Shown here piece after piece: positions 9,590 to 19,504 of a DNA stretch of 64,000 nucleotides. The notes under the pieces are model-generated. The model ran no database searches and was not told the origin of the DNA. It was given only the letters and a program-made list of their open reading frames with translations. The translations under genes were made by a program, and so were the position numbers. The number at the start of each line of letters is the position of its first letter. Position 1 is the first letter of the stretch. Origin of the DNA: Polyangiaceae bacterium (GTDB lineage: Bacteria > Myxococcota_A > Polyangia > Polyangiales > Polyangiaceae); contig CBDCTZ010000008.1 of assembly GCA_965222375.1 (NCBI GenBank), positions 128,001-192,000 of the forward strand, given 5' to 3'.

Positions 9590-10696
9590 ATGATACGCAC
9601 GCCTGCTTGCTTTTTCCTTGCCGCGGCACTCGCCAGCTTCGGCTGCTCTTCGGATGACGACAGCCCCGGCGGATCCGGTGGCACCGCCAGCGGTGGCCAG
9701 GCCGGCAGTGGTGGTCAAGCTGGCAGCAGCGGCCAAGCCGGCAGCGCGGGAACTGGCGGAGCGGGCGGAAGCGCGGGCCAGGGCGGCACCGCCGGTCAAG
9801 CCGGCGCGGCGGGTGCGCCCGACATGCTCAGTCAAACCGGACTGTACTCCGACATTCAGAAGGGCACCTTGGCCACCGGCGTGCGCCAGTACGAGCCCCA
9901 ATTCGTGCTTTGGACCGACAGCGCCGCCAAGAAGCGTTGGGTCTACCTCCCCGCTGGCCAGAAGATCGACACCAGCGACATGGACTACTGGGTCTACCCC
10001 GTCGGCACGAAGTTGTGGAAGGAGTTCAACCGCGACGGCAAGCGGATCGAAACACGGCTCATAGTCAAGACCGGCTCCCCGGATGTATGGGACATGGTGG
10101 CGTACCACTGGAAGGACGACCAAACTGACGCCGTCAAACTTCCCAACGGCTTGGAAAATGCGTCGGGCACGCCTCATGACATCCCGGACACAATCGCTTG
10201 CGACACCTGCCACGGCAAGATGAAGGATCGCGCGCTGTCCTTCAGCGCGATTCAGCTATCGCACGCCGGCGCGATGGTCTCCCTGGACGACCTAGCCAAA
10301 GAGGGGCGGCTGACGAACCCTCCTTCGGCGCCTTTGGTCCTGCCGGGGAACGCGACGGATCGCGCGGCCCTCGGCTACATGCACTCGAATTGCGGCGTCT
10401 GCCACAACGACCAATCCTTCGTCTTCTCCGTGGTCGATATGCGACTGTGGCTGTCCACGAAATCCCTGGGCAGCGTGACGGGCACGCCCAGCTACAAGAC
10501 CACTGCCAACAAGGCTCTCACCTCCGCCAACCCGAGCACCGGAAAGGCGCGAATCGTGCCGGGTAAGTCGGCAGAGAGCGACGTTTGGATCCGTATGGGG
10601 CTTCGCGGAGATCTGAACCAGATGCCGCCGCTTGGTACCGAAGACGTCGACACGGTGGGGCACGCCGCGGTCAAGGCGTGGATCGATAGCCTTTAG
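9590..10696 (+). CDS. Di-heme c-type cytochrome lipoprotein (SO2930-like)
   Basis: Lipobox FGC, Gly-rich linker, 'LSQTGLY', 'LW.D.A.K.RW..LP', 'P.GT...K.F', two CxxCH (CDTCH, CGVCH), 'QMPPLG'. Confidence 0.82.
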   Translation: MIRTPACFFLAAALASFGCSSDDDSPGGSGGTASGGQAGSGGQAGSSGQAGSAGTGGAGGSAGQGGTAGQAGAAGAPDMLSQTGLYSDIQKGTLATGVRQYEPQFVLWTDSAAKKRWVYLPAGQKIDTSDMDYWVYPVGTKLWKEFNRDGKRIETRLIVKTGSPDVWDMVAYHWKDDQTDAVKLPNGLENASGTPHDIPDTIACDTCHGKMKDRALSFSAIQLSHAGAMVSLDDLAKEGRLTNPPSAPLVLPGNATDRAALGYMHSNCGVCHNDQSFVFSVVDMRLWLSTKSLGSVTGTPSYKTTANKALTSANPSTGKARIVPGKSAESDVWIRMGLRGDLNQMPPLGTEDVDTVGHAAVKAWIDSL

Positions 10697-10701
10697 TCCC
10701 G

Positions 10702-12861
10702 TCACTTCGACTTTGGTGCGATCGCCGCTCTGGCCTGGGCACGAACATCCAAGTCCGCCTTTGAACGCGGGAACACGGGGGAGCGGACCAGCTGCCCCAG
10801 CAGCTCCAAGGTCTTTTCGGGATGGTCGTCGGAAACACTGACCCAATCTGGATCTGGCTCGGTAGCATCGTAGAGTTCCGGCGCACCACTTTCGAGGGGC
10901 AATACGAGCTTGTGGGGTGAGTTCAAGTCGCGGATTCCCACGCGCAAGAGCGTTTCGTGACTGGCGCTGGCCATGACAATGGGCAGCCGCCGCGGCGGTC
11001 GATTCGGGATCATCGTGAGGAGCAAGTCTTCGCCGTGATACGCCGTCGGCGGCTCGTCGGTCATGTAGCTTGCTAGAGTTGGCGCTACGTCCACCAAGCT
11101 GACCGGGTCGTAAACGACCTTGGGCTCCAAGCCGGGCGCTCGGAGCACCAGGGGCACGCGCACCAGGGACTCCCAAAGAAATATGGAGTGCACCCAGAAA
11201 CCATCTCGCCCGAGTGCTTCGCCGTGGTCGCTGACGAAAAGCACGACAACGTCATCGCGCAGGCCCAAAGAGTCGATTCCAGCCAGCAGACGGCCGAATT
11301 CTGCATCGACAGCCCGGGCGATCACTCGATAGCGCCAATTCATCGGAGCTTCGTCGGGCACGTTATATTTCTCCGCGGCCGCATAGACCCACTTCTTGTC
11401 GATCTCGCGCCAGTTGTGCTGGTCGAAATTGAATAGCCACAACAGGTAGCGGTCGTCCTTGTGCAGTCGGAGCCACTCCAAGGCTCGGTCCACCATGGGT
11501 GCAGCAGTGGCGCGATCCGCACCGTAGCCCCAGACCTTTCGCCCAGGTTCGTAGTCTTCGACGGTCAGGGTCTCTTGAAAGCTGAAACTCGGCCGCAACT
11601 TCCTCAAGAACTGATGCGCTGACAGCGCAATGGTCACGGCGGTTTTGCGGCCAGCCTTTTCGGCGACACGTAGCACGTCTTCATCGCGCACCACGCCCAC
11701 CTCATAGCTACCCCCGGTAAGCGCCGGCAGCGAACGAAGTGTGTCGGAGCCCGCAGCGTAGGCGTTGATGAACGTCGCGCTCTGAGACGAGAAGCGCGCC
11801 AAGTTCGGCATGATGGTCGGATCCGTCGCCGCGTCGTAACGGAGCGTGTCGACGTAGTAGACGATCACGGACAAGTCCCTTTTGGGACGCAGGGCGTCGA
11901 GCTTTGCGCGCACCGCGGGTGGCGTAGTGTGGGGTTCATCCCAGTGCGGATGCAGCGCTGTGGTCGCCAGGTCGAACCGCTCTTTCAGCTGATCCATCCG
12001 AGAAAGCTTGGCTCCCCGCCACCCGCGCGGGTTCGCAAGGAACGCCCGAACGCTTTGGGTTCGACCCAGTACTCGGCCGACATAAGCCGGCTCCATCCAG
12101 ACATGACGCAGGGCGTGCTCGAGCTTCGCTCGTACTGGCGTGGCCGCGGCGAAGATCAGTAACCAGGCACCAGCCACCGTCGTGAGGGCCACGAGGCCTC
12201 GCCGCCCCTTGGGCCAAGGCGAAACCCATGCGCTCAAAAGGATCGTGAAGGCCATCAACCAACACGCCGTCGCGAACACCTCGAGCAGCACGTGCAATCG
12301 TGCATACAATGCCACGTAGACCGTTAGGTCGACGTACGCGAGCCCAGCGCCTGCCCCGAGACCGGCGATCGCAATCCCCAGGGCGAGACGCAACTTGCTC
12401 TCTTCCACGCGTTTGACCGCCCAGCGCCCGACGGCGAGAAGCACGGCAAGGCTCAGCCCGATGACCACGCACATGGTGGGCACCGCCCAGCCCGCAATTT
12501 GCTCGGCCTTCGCACCCGAGAACGTACTGCGCGCAGCTGGGATCGCCAGTACGCCACTGACGATGGCGATCGCCGTCGGAGCCGTCCAGGGTCGCAGTCG
12601 TTTACCTAGGCGGCGGCTCAATGCGTCGACGGCTTCCCAGCCGAGCCACAGCAGCGCTCCGACGACGGCAGCGGTCACCAAGTAGAGCAGAATCGAATAG
12701 GTGAAGTGACGCCCCGCTGGCAACCATCGACCTCCGGCGCGACGAAACGCGTCTGCGGCGACAAACAGCAGGCCAGTCAGAAACGCCGCGGCTACGCTGC
12801 GCGCGGCACGGTCCAATGCGCGAGAATTGCCCAAAACGAGACGAGCCGGAGCATAGGCCAT
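10702..12861 (-). CDS. Membrane-anchored sulfatase-like hydrolase/transferase (alkaline phosphatase superfamily)
   Basis: Multi-TM N-terminus; 'VDTLRYD', Thr-type nucleophile region SDTLRSLPALTG, 'SDHGE', 'RVPL', 'SLVDVAPT', 'ELYD'; start estimated. Confidence 0.82.
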   Translation of the reverse strand: MAYAPARLVLGNSRALDRAARSVAAAFLTGLLFVAADAFRRAGGRWLPAGRHFTYSILLYLVTAAVVGALLWLGWEAVDALSRRLGKRLRPWTAPTAIAIVSGVLAIPAARSTFSGAKAEQIAGWAVPTMCVVIGLSLAVLLAVGRWAVKRVEESKLRLALGIAIAGLGAGAGLAYVDLTVYVALYARLHVLLEVFATACWLMAFTILLSAWVSPWPKGRRGLVALTTVAGAWLLIFAAATPVRAKLEHALRHVWMEPAYVGRVLGRTQSVRAFLANPRGWRGAKLSRMDQLKERFDLATTALHPHWDEPHTTPPAVRAKLDALRPKRDLSVIVYYVDTLRYDAATDPTIMPNLARFSSQSATFINAYAAGSDTLRSLPALTGGSYEVGVVRDEDVLRVAEKAGRKTAVTIALSAHQFLRKLRPSFSFQETLTVEDYEPGRKVWGYGADRATAAPMVDRALEWLRLHKDDRYLLWLFNFDQHNWREIDKKWVYAAAEKYNVPDEAPMNWRYRVIARAVDAEFGRLLAGIDSLGLRDDVVVLFVSDHGEALGRDGFWVHSIFLWESLVRVPLVLRAPGLEPKVVYDPVSLVDVAPTLASYMTDEPPTAYHGEDLLLTMIPNRPPRRLPIVMASASHETLLRVGIRDLNSPHKLVLPLESGAPELYDATEPDPDWVSVSDDHPEKTLELLGQLVRSPVFPRSKADLDVRAQARAAIAPKSK

Positions 12862-12907
12862 AATTCGCCGAATGTGGGCAGCGCCGGGGCGGCGGGCAGA
12901 GCGCGGA

Positions 12908-14887
12908 CTAAAAGCAACCGGGTCGGAACGCGAGGGGATCGGGCTGCCCGAGCGGGAGGATCTCCTGCAGGTACTGATACTCCTCATCGCAGAAGACCGC
13001 AGGACCTTGACCTTCGAGTTCCGCACGCTCCGCGAAGGTCCGCGCCCCGCCGCTGTCCATGAGTCGGTTCGGCTCGTCTGAGGGGTTGTGATAGGACGTA
13101 AGGCTGCCCTTGGGATCCGCGAGCCCCAATGAGTGCGCGACTTCGTGAGACGTGGTTGTTCCAATCAGGGAACCCAGCACCCAGACCGCACAGCCGATGC
13201 GGTCCGCCCGGTTCTTCGCGGGGCAGCGGGAACTCTCTGCCAAGACCGGGATGTTCTGCGTCGCGAGGTCTTCCGCCAACACGGGTGTGCCCGCGCGATC
13301 TGGTCTGAAGGGGTCGAAAGTCTTGTCAAACAGTGGATCCGCAACCTCGAGTTTCTCCGCCAAATTGCCGGGGTGTTCACTAAACCCGAATAGGGACTCC
13401 ACGAACACGCCGCCGTAACCGGGCTGGTTATCTTCCTGGGTCACCGCATTGACCCCGCCGATCCGATCGTGGAGGCGCTTGTTCCCCTTGTCCTTGCCGG
13501 GAGTGTTGTCATAGCCGAGCAGTCCTAGACCGTTGGGATCCGGCCCTGCGATATCGACGCGCGCATACAGCGCAAAATCGAGGGGCTCTTCGTCCCGAAA
13601 CTCGACGTTGACACCCGCGAAGTCTCGACGCAGCACTTCGAGCACCCGGTCACGGATGCGCTTTTCAACAGCACGTAAACCAAGATGCCTGAGGGCGTCC
13701 ACGAAGGTAGGCATGAACCGCACCCAGACGACCTGCTTGATGGGCGCGATCCCCAACTGAAACGGCGCCGAGGTGCCGGATAGGTTGACACCGCCGTAGC
13801 GAATCAGCGGCGTCGCCGTGCCAGTGAACGTACCCGTCACCGTGCGCAAATCCGCGAGTTTGCCGAGGGCGTCTTCTTCATTCAGCACGTAGCGGATCAG
13901 CTTGCCCTCGAAGAACTGCGGCACGACATCGAACGAGACGGGCACAGAGCTGGTGGCCCCCGTCGCGGTGAAGGTGCCTTCCAGGTGCACAGTGGTGATT
14001 GCAGTTGTCGGATCTTCAATGTCCGGCTGCGGGCCGACGAAGCCACCACCCTGGATGTCCACGTACTGACCCAGGCTGGCCTTGGGCGGCGAGAAGCTGA
14101 AAATCGTCGGCTTCAGAATGTTGAAGTCCACCGGGATCTGCTGGGTCTCGATGCTCTGCCCGCCGTCCGCCGCATCGTTGCGGATACGCACCGTGCCCTT
14201 GAACTTACCTTCTTCCACTCCGAGGATCTTTGGGACGAAGGGGAACTCGGCCTTGTCTCGAGAAAACTCGCTTCGCGGACGCATTGGGATCTCTACGTCG
14301 GCAATGGGTTGGCAGCTGCTGTCACCGAGCTTTGTGAAGCAACCTTCGACGATAGCAATGCTCTTGCCCTCATCGCCACCGAGCAGCAGGTTTCCGCCGT
14401 CGATACCGATGTAGTCGTTGACGAAGATGCTGCCCTCGAAGACGCCGAAGAACTGCGGTTCCATCGACGGCTGAATCTTCAACGTCAAGGGCTTCGAAAG
14501 CGAGGTGTGGCTGCGACCGTCGATGGGGCCCGTCGCAATCACGCGGACAACTCCGTCGAAAGTACCGGAATCCGCGGGCAGGCCCGCTTGGGTTCCACCC
14601 ATCCAAGCGAGCTCAAGGCGACTATTGGAGATGATGCTGGCAGGCAGCGTCAGCTTGACGTCGTCCCCCGCGAATGTGCCAGTCAACTCCAACAGGGGCA
14701 GCGTGACGTCACCGAAGGACCCCTCGACTACGACCGTTGACCCAGGGACCACCGTCTCGGGAAAGACGCCGGCGATACTCAGGTCTTGTAGTGTCGTTGG
14801 ACTCTCGGTGCTCTCGTCGCCACCTCCGCACGCCGCAAAGGCGAGCGTGAGCAAGACGCCAACCCCACGACGAAGGCCGAGGTTCAT
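12908..14887 (-). CDS. Lipoprotein with Ig/IPT-like domains and C-terminal metzincin-type zinc metallopeptidase domain
   Basis: Lipobox FAAC; HEVAHSLGLAD (HExxHxxGxxD) and downstream Met-turn RLMD; ATG 14887 overlaps upstream stop. Confidence 0.75.
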   Translation of the reverse strand: MNLGLRRGVGVLLTLAFAACGGGDESTESPTTLQDLSIAGVFPETVVPGSTVVVEGSFGDVTLPLLELTGTFAGDDVKLTLPASIISNSRLELAWMGGTQAGLPADSGTFDGVVRVIATGPIDGRSHTSLSKPLTLKIQPSMEPQFFGVFEGSIFVNDYIGIDGGNLLLGGDEGKSIAIVEGCFTKLGDSSCQPIADVEIPMRPRSEFSRDKAEFPFVPKILGVEEGKFKGTVRIRNDAADGGQSIETQQIPVDFNILKPTIFSFSPPKASLGQYVDIQGGGFVGPQPDIEDPTTAITTVHLEGTFTATGATSSVPVSFDVVPQFFEGKLIRYVLNEEDALGKLADLRTVTGTFTGTATPLIRYGGVNLSGTSAPFQLGIAPIKQVVWVRFMPTFVDALRHLGLRAVEKRIRDRVLEVLRRDFAGVNVEFRDEEPLDFALYARVDIAGPDPNGLGLLGYDNTPGKDKGNKRLHDRIGGVNAVTQEDNQPGYGGVFVESLFGFSEHPGNLAEKLEVADPLFDKTFDPFRPDRAGTPVLAEDLATQNIPVLAESSRCPAKNRADRIGCAVWVLGSLIGTTTSHEVAHSLGLADPKGSLTSYHNPSDEPNRLMDSGGARTFAERAELEGQGPAVFCDEEYQYLQEILPLGQPDPLAFRPGCF

Positions 14888-17004
14888 AGCTTGGGGCACC
14901 CGTTGGTCGTCTTGCTACTGCTCGTGTAGTCCACGCATAGCTCGTAGCTGTTCTCAGCCCCTTCCCAGCCGCGAACGCCAATGTAGTACTGGCCCGTCGC
15001 CGGCACCTTGTAGTCCATGTTCTCGTTGGATGTGCTGCTCTGCCCATTGAGGGGGTCACAGCTGAAGAGATCGAACTCATCGCATCCCACCAGCGACTTG
15101 GCGTCCTTGTCCTGGAAGTAGAGATCCAGGTCCTCGCTCGTCTTGCCCTGGTTGAACTTCAGCGTCACGTGAACGGTTTCGTCCTTGAGCAGGAAGACCC
15201 TGAACATGTCGTCATCCATGCTGCAGATCTGGAGGTTGGTGTTCTTGTAAGGATTCGACGCGATACTCGCCAAGGTCGCGTCGGCAATCTTGTCGTTATC
15301 CTCCAGGCTATCCTCAGTGCAGACCGAGCAAGAGCCCTCTTTCGACCAAGTCAGGGTGTAGGGGGCATTGGCCTGCAATTGCTCCCAAACGGCAATGTAG
15401 TACCGCCCCGGATCCGTGAGGCACACCTCGAAGCTCTCGTTGGAGGTACTTCCCTCGGAAGCAGCCGTTTCCTTGCCATCCTTATCGAAGAGCAAGACGT
15501 CCAAATTGCTTCCGCTCGCGCTCGACGCCAGCGACACCTTGATCTTGGTGGCACTGGTGATTTCGATCGGGAAGTAGTCGTCGTCCCAATACGGATCCGA
15601 GCAGCTCTGGAGTTGGTAGGTCCCAGCAGCCAAGGGAGTTGCCGTCGCCACGGCGCTGCGCGAGTCGTTCTCCTCGTACTTGTCGTCAGTACATGTGCCA
15701 CCGGAACCGCCTGTGCAGCTCTGGGACTTGGGAACGCACTGCTTGCTCTTCACGTTGTCCACGCTCGTGACTTCGCTGCAATCGTAATCCGTCGGGCAAC
15801 CGCTCGGCCCGGTGCAGGACTTGCCGCAGTAGGATTTCGTCCCGACGATGAAGCAGGTGTCCGCCGCCGCACCGCACTGCAGGTCCTTCGTGCAAGACTT
15901 GCACACGCCGAGTCCACCAGCCCCACCGGGGTTGGTCACTGTGATCTTGTGAAAACCGGGGTCCGGCGAGTTGGTGACGTGATCGCAGCTGCCCTCGGCA
16001 TCGTCGTTGTCCGTGGCTACGATGCGGTAAAAGAGATCCGTCTTGGAACCCGCGGGCTTTGACGCCACCGGATTCGGAATGTCCCCGGCCCAGGTTCCGT
16101 TCTTCGGGTCACCGTCGATCTGAATCATCGCCACCTGGGTCAGCTTGGTGACGTCTGGGTTCGGGCCGGGATCTGTGGTCGAGTACTGAACTTGGGGAGG
16201 GAACTTCAGCCCCTGGTCGTCGCTGACGACGGCATCCAAGGTCAGGTCCACGACGGAGTTGTGGTCCGCCGGGGTGTGGTTGATGACGGGCGCATCCCCC
16301 GGGCAGTCGGGTTTCGTCGGCTTCTGAAGGATGATCAGGAAGTCTTTCTTGACACGGGGGTTCTCGTTGTCGTCCGCGTAGAGCACCAACTGATAGATGT
16401 CTTTTGCATCCTTCTGCTCCTGAGTGGGGCACCACTCCCAAACCCCCTCCAGGCCGCCGGTCTGCTGAACGTTGGAGCCTTCGATGATCTGGCCTTCTTG
16501 GCCCAGATCCACGGTTGGTGTGTCCGAATCATCCACCTGGATTGCGAGCTGGACGCATTCAGGAACGGTGGGATTGTCCGTAACTGGGAAGGTCGTGCCC
16601 GTACCGAGGGGTTGACGAAACACCGGTGCAGTGGGGGACCCGACTGCTGAACGCACAGTCACGACAATGGTGCGCTTGGATGGCCCGGCCTTGTTGTCGT
16701 TTGCGATGAAGTCGATGCTGTGGTCGCCGACGTCAGCAGCGATCGGCGTCCAGCTGAAAATCGCGTTGCCCGCCCCGGGTACCAAGCTGGCGTCGATGTC
16801 GCGCTCGGTCTTGTAGCTATAGGTGACCGGGTCTCCATCCGGGTCCCTCGCGATAACTGCGATCTTCAGCTCTTGGCCCACGGCAACGGTCTGGTCGGAG
16901 ATCTGTTCGATCACTGGCTTGGCGTTGTCGTCGGAGGAGCAGGCCGCTGAAGTGGCAAGACCTGCGGCCAATAGCAAGTAAGACAAAAGGCGTTTCACGT
17001 TCAC
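14884..17004 (-). CDS. Large surface lipoprotein with cadherin/Ig-like, Cys-rich and pre-peptidase C-terminal (PPC)-like domains
   Basis: Lipobox SAAC; 'A.DPDGD.VTY'; Cys-rich EGF-like block; two 'D..E.ND...A' + 'D.D.F...DLDL' PPC-like units; GTG start estimated. Confidence 0.72.
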   Translation of the reverse strand: MNVKRLLSYLLLAAGLATSAACSSDDNAKPVIEQISDQTVAVGQELKIAVIARDPDGDPVTYSYKTERDIDASLVPGAGNAIFSWTPIAADVGDHSIDFIANDNKAGPSKRTIVVTVRSAVGSPTAPVFRQPLGTGTTFPVTDNPTVPECVQLAIQVDDSDTPTVDLGQEGQIIEGSNVQQTGGLEGVWEWCPTQEQKDAKDIYQLVLYADDNENPRVKKDFLIILQKPTKPDCPGDAPVINHTPADHNSVVDLTLDAVVSDDQGLKFPPQVQYSTTDPGPNPDVTKLTQVAMIQIDGDPKNGTWAGDIPNPVASKPAGSKTDLFYRIVATDNDDAEGSCDHVTNSPDPGFHKITVTNPGGAGGLGVCKSCTKDLQCGAAADTCFIVGTKSYCGKSCTGPSGCPTDYDCSEVTSVDNVKSKQCVPKSQSCTGGSGGTCTDDKYEENDSRSAVATATPLAAGTYQLQSCSDPYWDDDYFPIEITSATKIKVSLASSASGSNLDVLLFDKDGKETAASEGSTSNESFEVCLTDPGRYYIAVWEQLQANAPYTLTWSKEGSCSVCTEDSLEDNDKIADATLASIASNPYKNTNLQICSMDDDMFRVFLLKDETVHVTLKFNQGKTSEDLDLYFQDKDAKSLVGCDEFDLFSCDPLNGQSSTSNENMDYKVPATGQYYIGVRGWEGAENSYELCVDYTSSSKTTNGCPKL

Positions 17005-17210
17005 CGTCCTTATTACGAGAACAAGTCTAAAGTCTTTCCATCCTCGCGGCAGCGATCCCGCCATCGGCCTCAATCGCTCGCTGCCGTGAGCGGAAAATTC
17101 CGACTGCGCCGGAGTTCCCCTTGGTCCCGTTCCCACTAGCAGTGGGTTGGGTCCTAATCTGTGTTGATCGCGGTAGGATAGTGTAGGACACTGTAGTCAA
17201 AGGTTACCCC

Positions 17211-19079
17211 ATGCGCCACACCCTGATTGCACTGTCCCTTTCTCTGGCCGTTTTCGGCTGCTCGAGCGAAGACGCGGGTCCTTCGTCGCCCCCCATCGTC
17301 GACAACGACGCTCCACTTTCGGATGTGGACGCGTTGTTCAAAGACGCCCCAGACAACACGAAGCTCGAAGAGCTCGGCAAAGCTGATGCGGTCTACCCGA
17401 AACAGTTTTTCGACCTCGTCGCCGAGCAATCCCCGGTACGCAGCCAGGCTAGCCGCGGGGTGTGCTCGATCTTCGCGACGGTGGGACTGATGGAGCACCT
17501 GTACATCAAGGAAGGGTCGACACCGGATCCCGACTTCTCGGAGCAGTACCTGCAGTGGTCTGTGAAGTCCCAGGTCGGCGCCTTCACCTACACGGAGGGC
17601 TCCAACTCCCGAAGCAACCTGGAGGCCATCAATCGATTCGGCATTCCCAGGGAAGCGGCCTGGCCGTACCAAACGACGCGATGGAACACCAGCAACGATC
17701 CGGCATGCGACGGTGGCGACAATCAGCCTGTGCAGTGTTTCACAAACGGTGAACCTCCGGATTCGGCGAAAACTGCGAAGCAGTTCTTTCTGCCCAAGGG
17801 ACGCTGGATCAACTCCAGAATCGACAGCATCAAGGCCCACATGACGTCGAAGCGTCAGGCGGCGATCGTCGGCCTGACATTTTACTACCAGTCCTGGAAC
17901 CACCGAGGCTCGAAGCTGCCCACGAGCAATGCCTTGTGGCGCAAAGGCTACGTCCCCTACCCCAACGCGAAGGACAAGACTGAGAGTTTGAAGAAGCGAG
18001 CCGGACACGCGATCTTACTCGTCGGCTGGGATGACGAGGCTGAGGTGCAACCCTTGGATGCCGAGGGGAATCCCGCCGTGGACGCCAACGGCGAGCCCAT
18101 TAAGGAGAAGGGCTTCTTCGTGTTCAAGAACTCCTGGGGCACGGCGAAGTTCGGCGTCGATAACCCCCATGGCAAGGGCTACGGCTACCTCAGCTACAAG
18201 TACGTCGAGGAAGAAGGCACGGTCTACGCGAGCAACCTGCCCAAGCTCGAGCCTCTGGTCGAAGTCTGCAACGACGGCAAGGACAACGACCATGATGGCG
18301 ACGAGGACTGTGCCGATTCGGACTGCAGCGCTGATGCAGCCTGTACCGGCACCAGCAAGACTTACTCGGCCACCCCCGGCTCCAGCATCCCCGATAACGA
18401 CACCGCCGGGATCTCGAGCGACATCACCGTCGCCGATAGTGGCACCATCTCCGCACTAAGCGTCACTGTTGACATAACGCACAGCTATCAGGGTGACCTG
18501 GTGGTCAAACTCGTGCGCCAAGGGGGCGGTGAAGTCGTGTTGCAGGAGCGCGACGGTGGCAGCGCCGACGACTTGAAGAAGACCTTCAGTGTTACGGCGT
18601 TCGACGGGCAAGACTCCGCGGGGACTTGGACTCTCGTCGTCGCGGACCGTGCTGGCGCGGACACAGGTACCCTCAACAGCTGGAAAATGGATATCAGTAC
18701 CTGTAGCGGCGCGGCCTGCGGCGGGGGAGCCCAGACCTACACGAACAGCTCGAGCCAGGGCATTCCAGACAATGATAATATGGGAGTTTCGAGCGACATC
18801 GACGTGTCGGATCCCGGCGCAATCAAGTCCCTCAACGTCAGCGTCGACATCGATCACCCGGCAAAGGGAGATCTGACCGTCAAACTTCAGAAGTTAGGTC
18901 TCACAGAGGTCACCTTGGTGGAAGCCGACGCGTCGAGCGGCGCCTTCGGAAGCCGCACCTACAGCGTCCCAACCTTCATAGGTGAGGAATCTGCGGGTAC
19001 CTGGCGCCTGGTCGTCAGCGACGTCACCGGCGGCGACAGCGGAACCCTCACGAGCTGGAGCGTGGAGATCAAACGCTGA
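17211..19079 (+). CDS. Papain-family (C1) cysteine peptidase lipoprotein with two proprotein-convertase P domains
   Basis: Lipobox FGC; Q..RGVCSIF (Gln/Cys), FSEQYL, GHAILLVGWD (His), FKNSWG (Asn); CNDGKDND.DG..DC repeat; two 'IPDND...V.VDI.H...GDL...G.W.L.V.D....D.G.L.SW' P domains. Confidence 0.9.
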   Translation: MRHTLIALSLSLAVFGCSSEDAGPSSPPIVDNDAPLSDVDALFKDAPDNTKLEELGKADAVYPKQFFDLVAEQSPVRSQASRGVCSIFATVGLMEHLYIKEGSTPDPDFSEQYLQWSVKSQVGAFTYTEGSNSRSNLEAINRFGIPREAAWPYQTTRWNTSNDPACDGGDNQPVQCFTNGEPPDSAKTAKQFFLPKGRWINSRIDSIKAHMTSKRQAAIVGLTFYYQSWNHRGSKLPTSNALWRKGYVPYPNAKDKTESLKKRAGHAILLVGWDDEAEVQPLDAEGNPAVDANGEPIKEKGFFVFKNSWGTAKFGVDNPHGKGYGYLSYKYVEEEGTVYASNLPKLEPLVEVCNDGKDNDHDGDEDCADSDCSADAACTGTSKTYSATPGSSIPDNDTAGISSDITVADSGTISALSVTVDITHSYQGDLVVKLVRQGGGEVVLQERDGGSADDLKKTFSVTAFDGQDSAGTWTLVVADRAGADTGTLNSWKMDISTCSGAACGGGAQTYTNSSSQGIPDNDNMGVSSDIDVSDPGAIKSLNVSVDIDHPAKGDLTVKLQKLGLTEVTLVEADASSGAFGSRTYSVPTFIGEESAGTWRLVVSDVTGGDSGTLTSWSVEIKR

Positions 19080-19504
19080 CGCCTCCCGCGGCTCGGCTGA
19101 GTCGGCTGTGGCTGGCTCTCGCATGGGCGGGAGCGGTGTTTGGCTGCAATGACCCGCCCGACTCGGGGGCGGCCTCGGCAAGCGCGGCCTCGGCAAGCCC
19201 AGCCTCAGCGACCACCGCACCGAGGCCGGCCCCGGAGCCGGTCGTGAAAATGCCGCGCACCCCACCGAGCTTAGAGGCGTCCGACGACGTTTGGTGCGCC
19301 CCTCGGAGCGAAGCAATTCGGCACCAGGTGCCCAACGCACCCCGAGTCAACGAATGCCCCAGTGCCGTCTCTGGCGGGCCGGGCGCACCGGCTCCTCTGC
19401 TGGGCAAGCGTGGAAACGTCGATCCGTTTCGGTCGATGACGGCGCGGGCCGAAGGCAAGACTGGCACGTGCTGCGTTCAGCTCGCTAGAGTAGCGCCCAA
19501 GTGA
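19076..19504 (+). CDS. Small Cys-containing hypothetical lipoprotein
   Basis: Frame of ORF 19136 extends upstream to a signal-like RLSRLWLALAWAGAVFGC; fills gap between C1 peptidase and hydrolase; start codon uncertain. Confidence 0.45.
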   Translation: MTPPAARLSRLWLALAWAGAVFGCNDPPDSGAASASAASASPASATTAPRPAPEPVVKMPRTPPSLEASDDVWCAPRSEAIRHQVPNAPRVNECPSAVSGGPGAPAPLLGKRGNVDPFRSMTARAEGKTGTCCVQLARVAPK

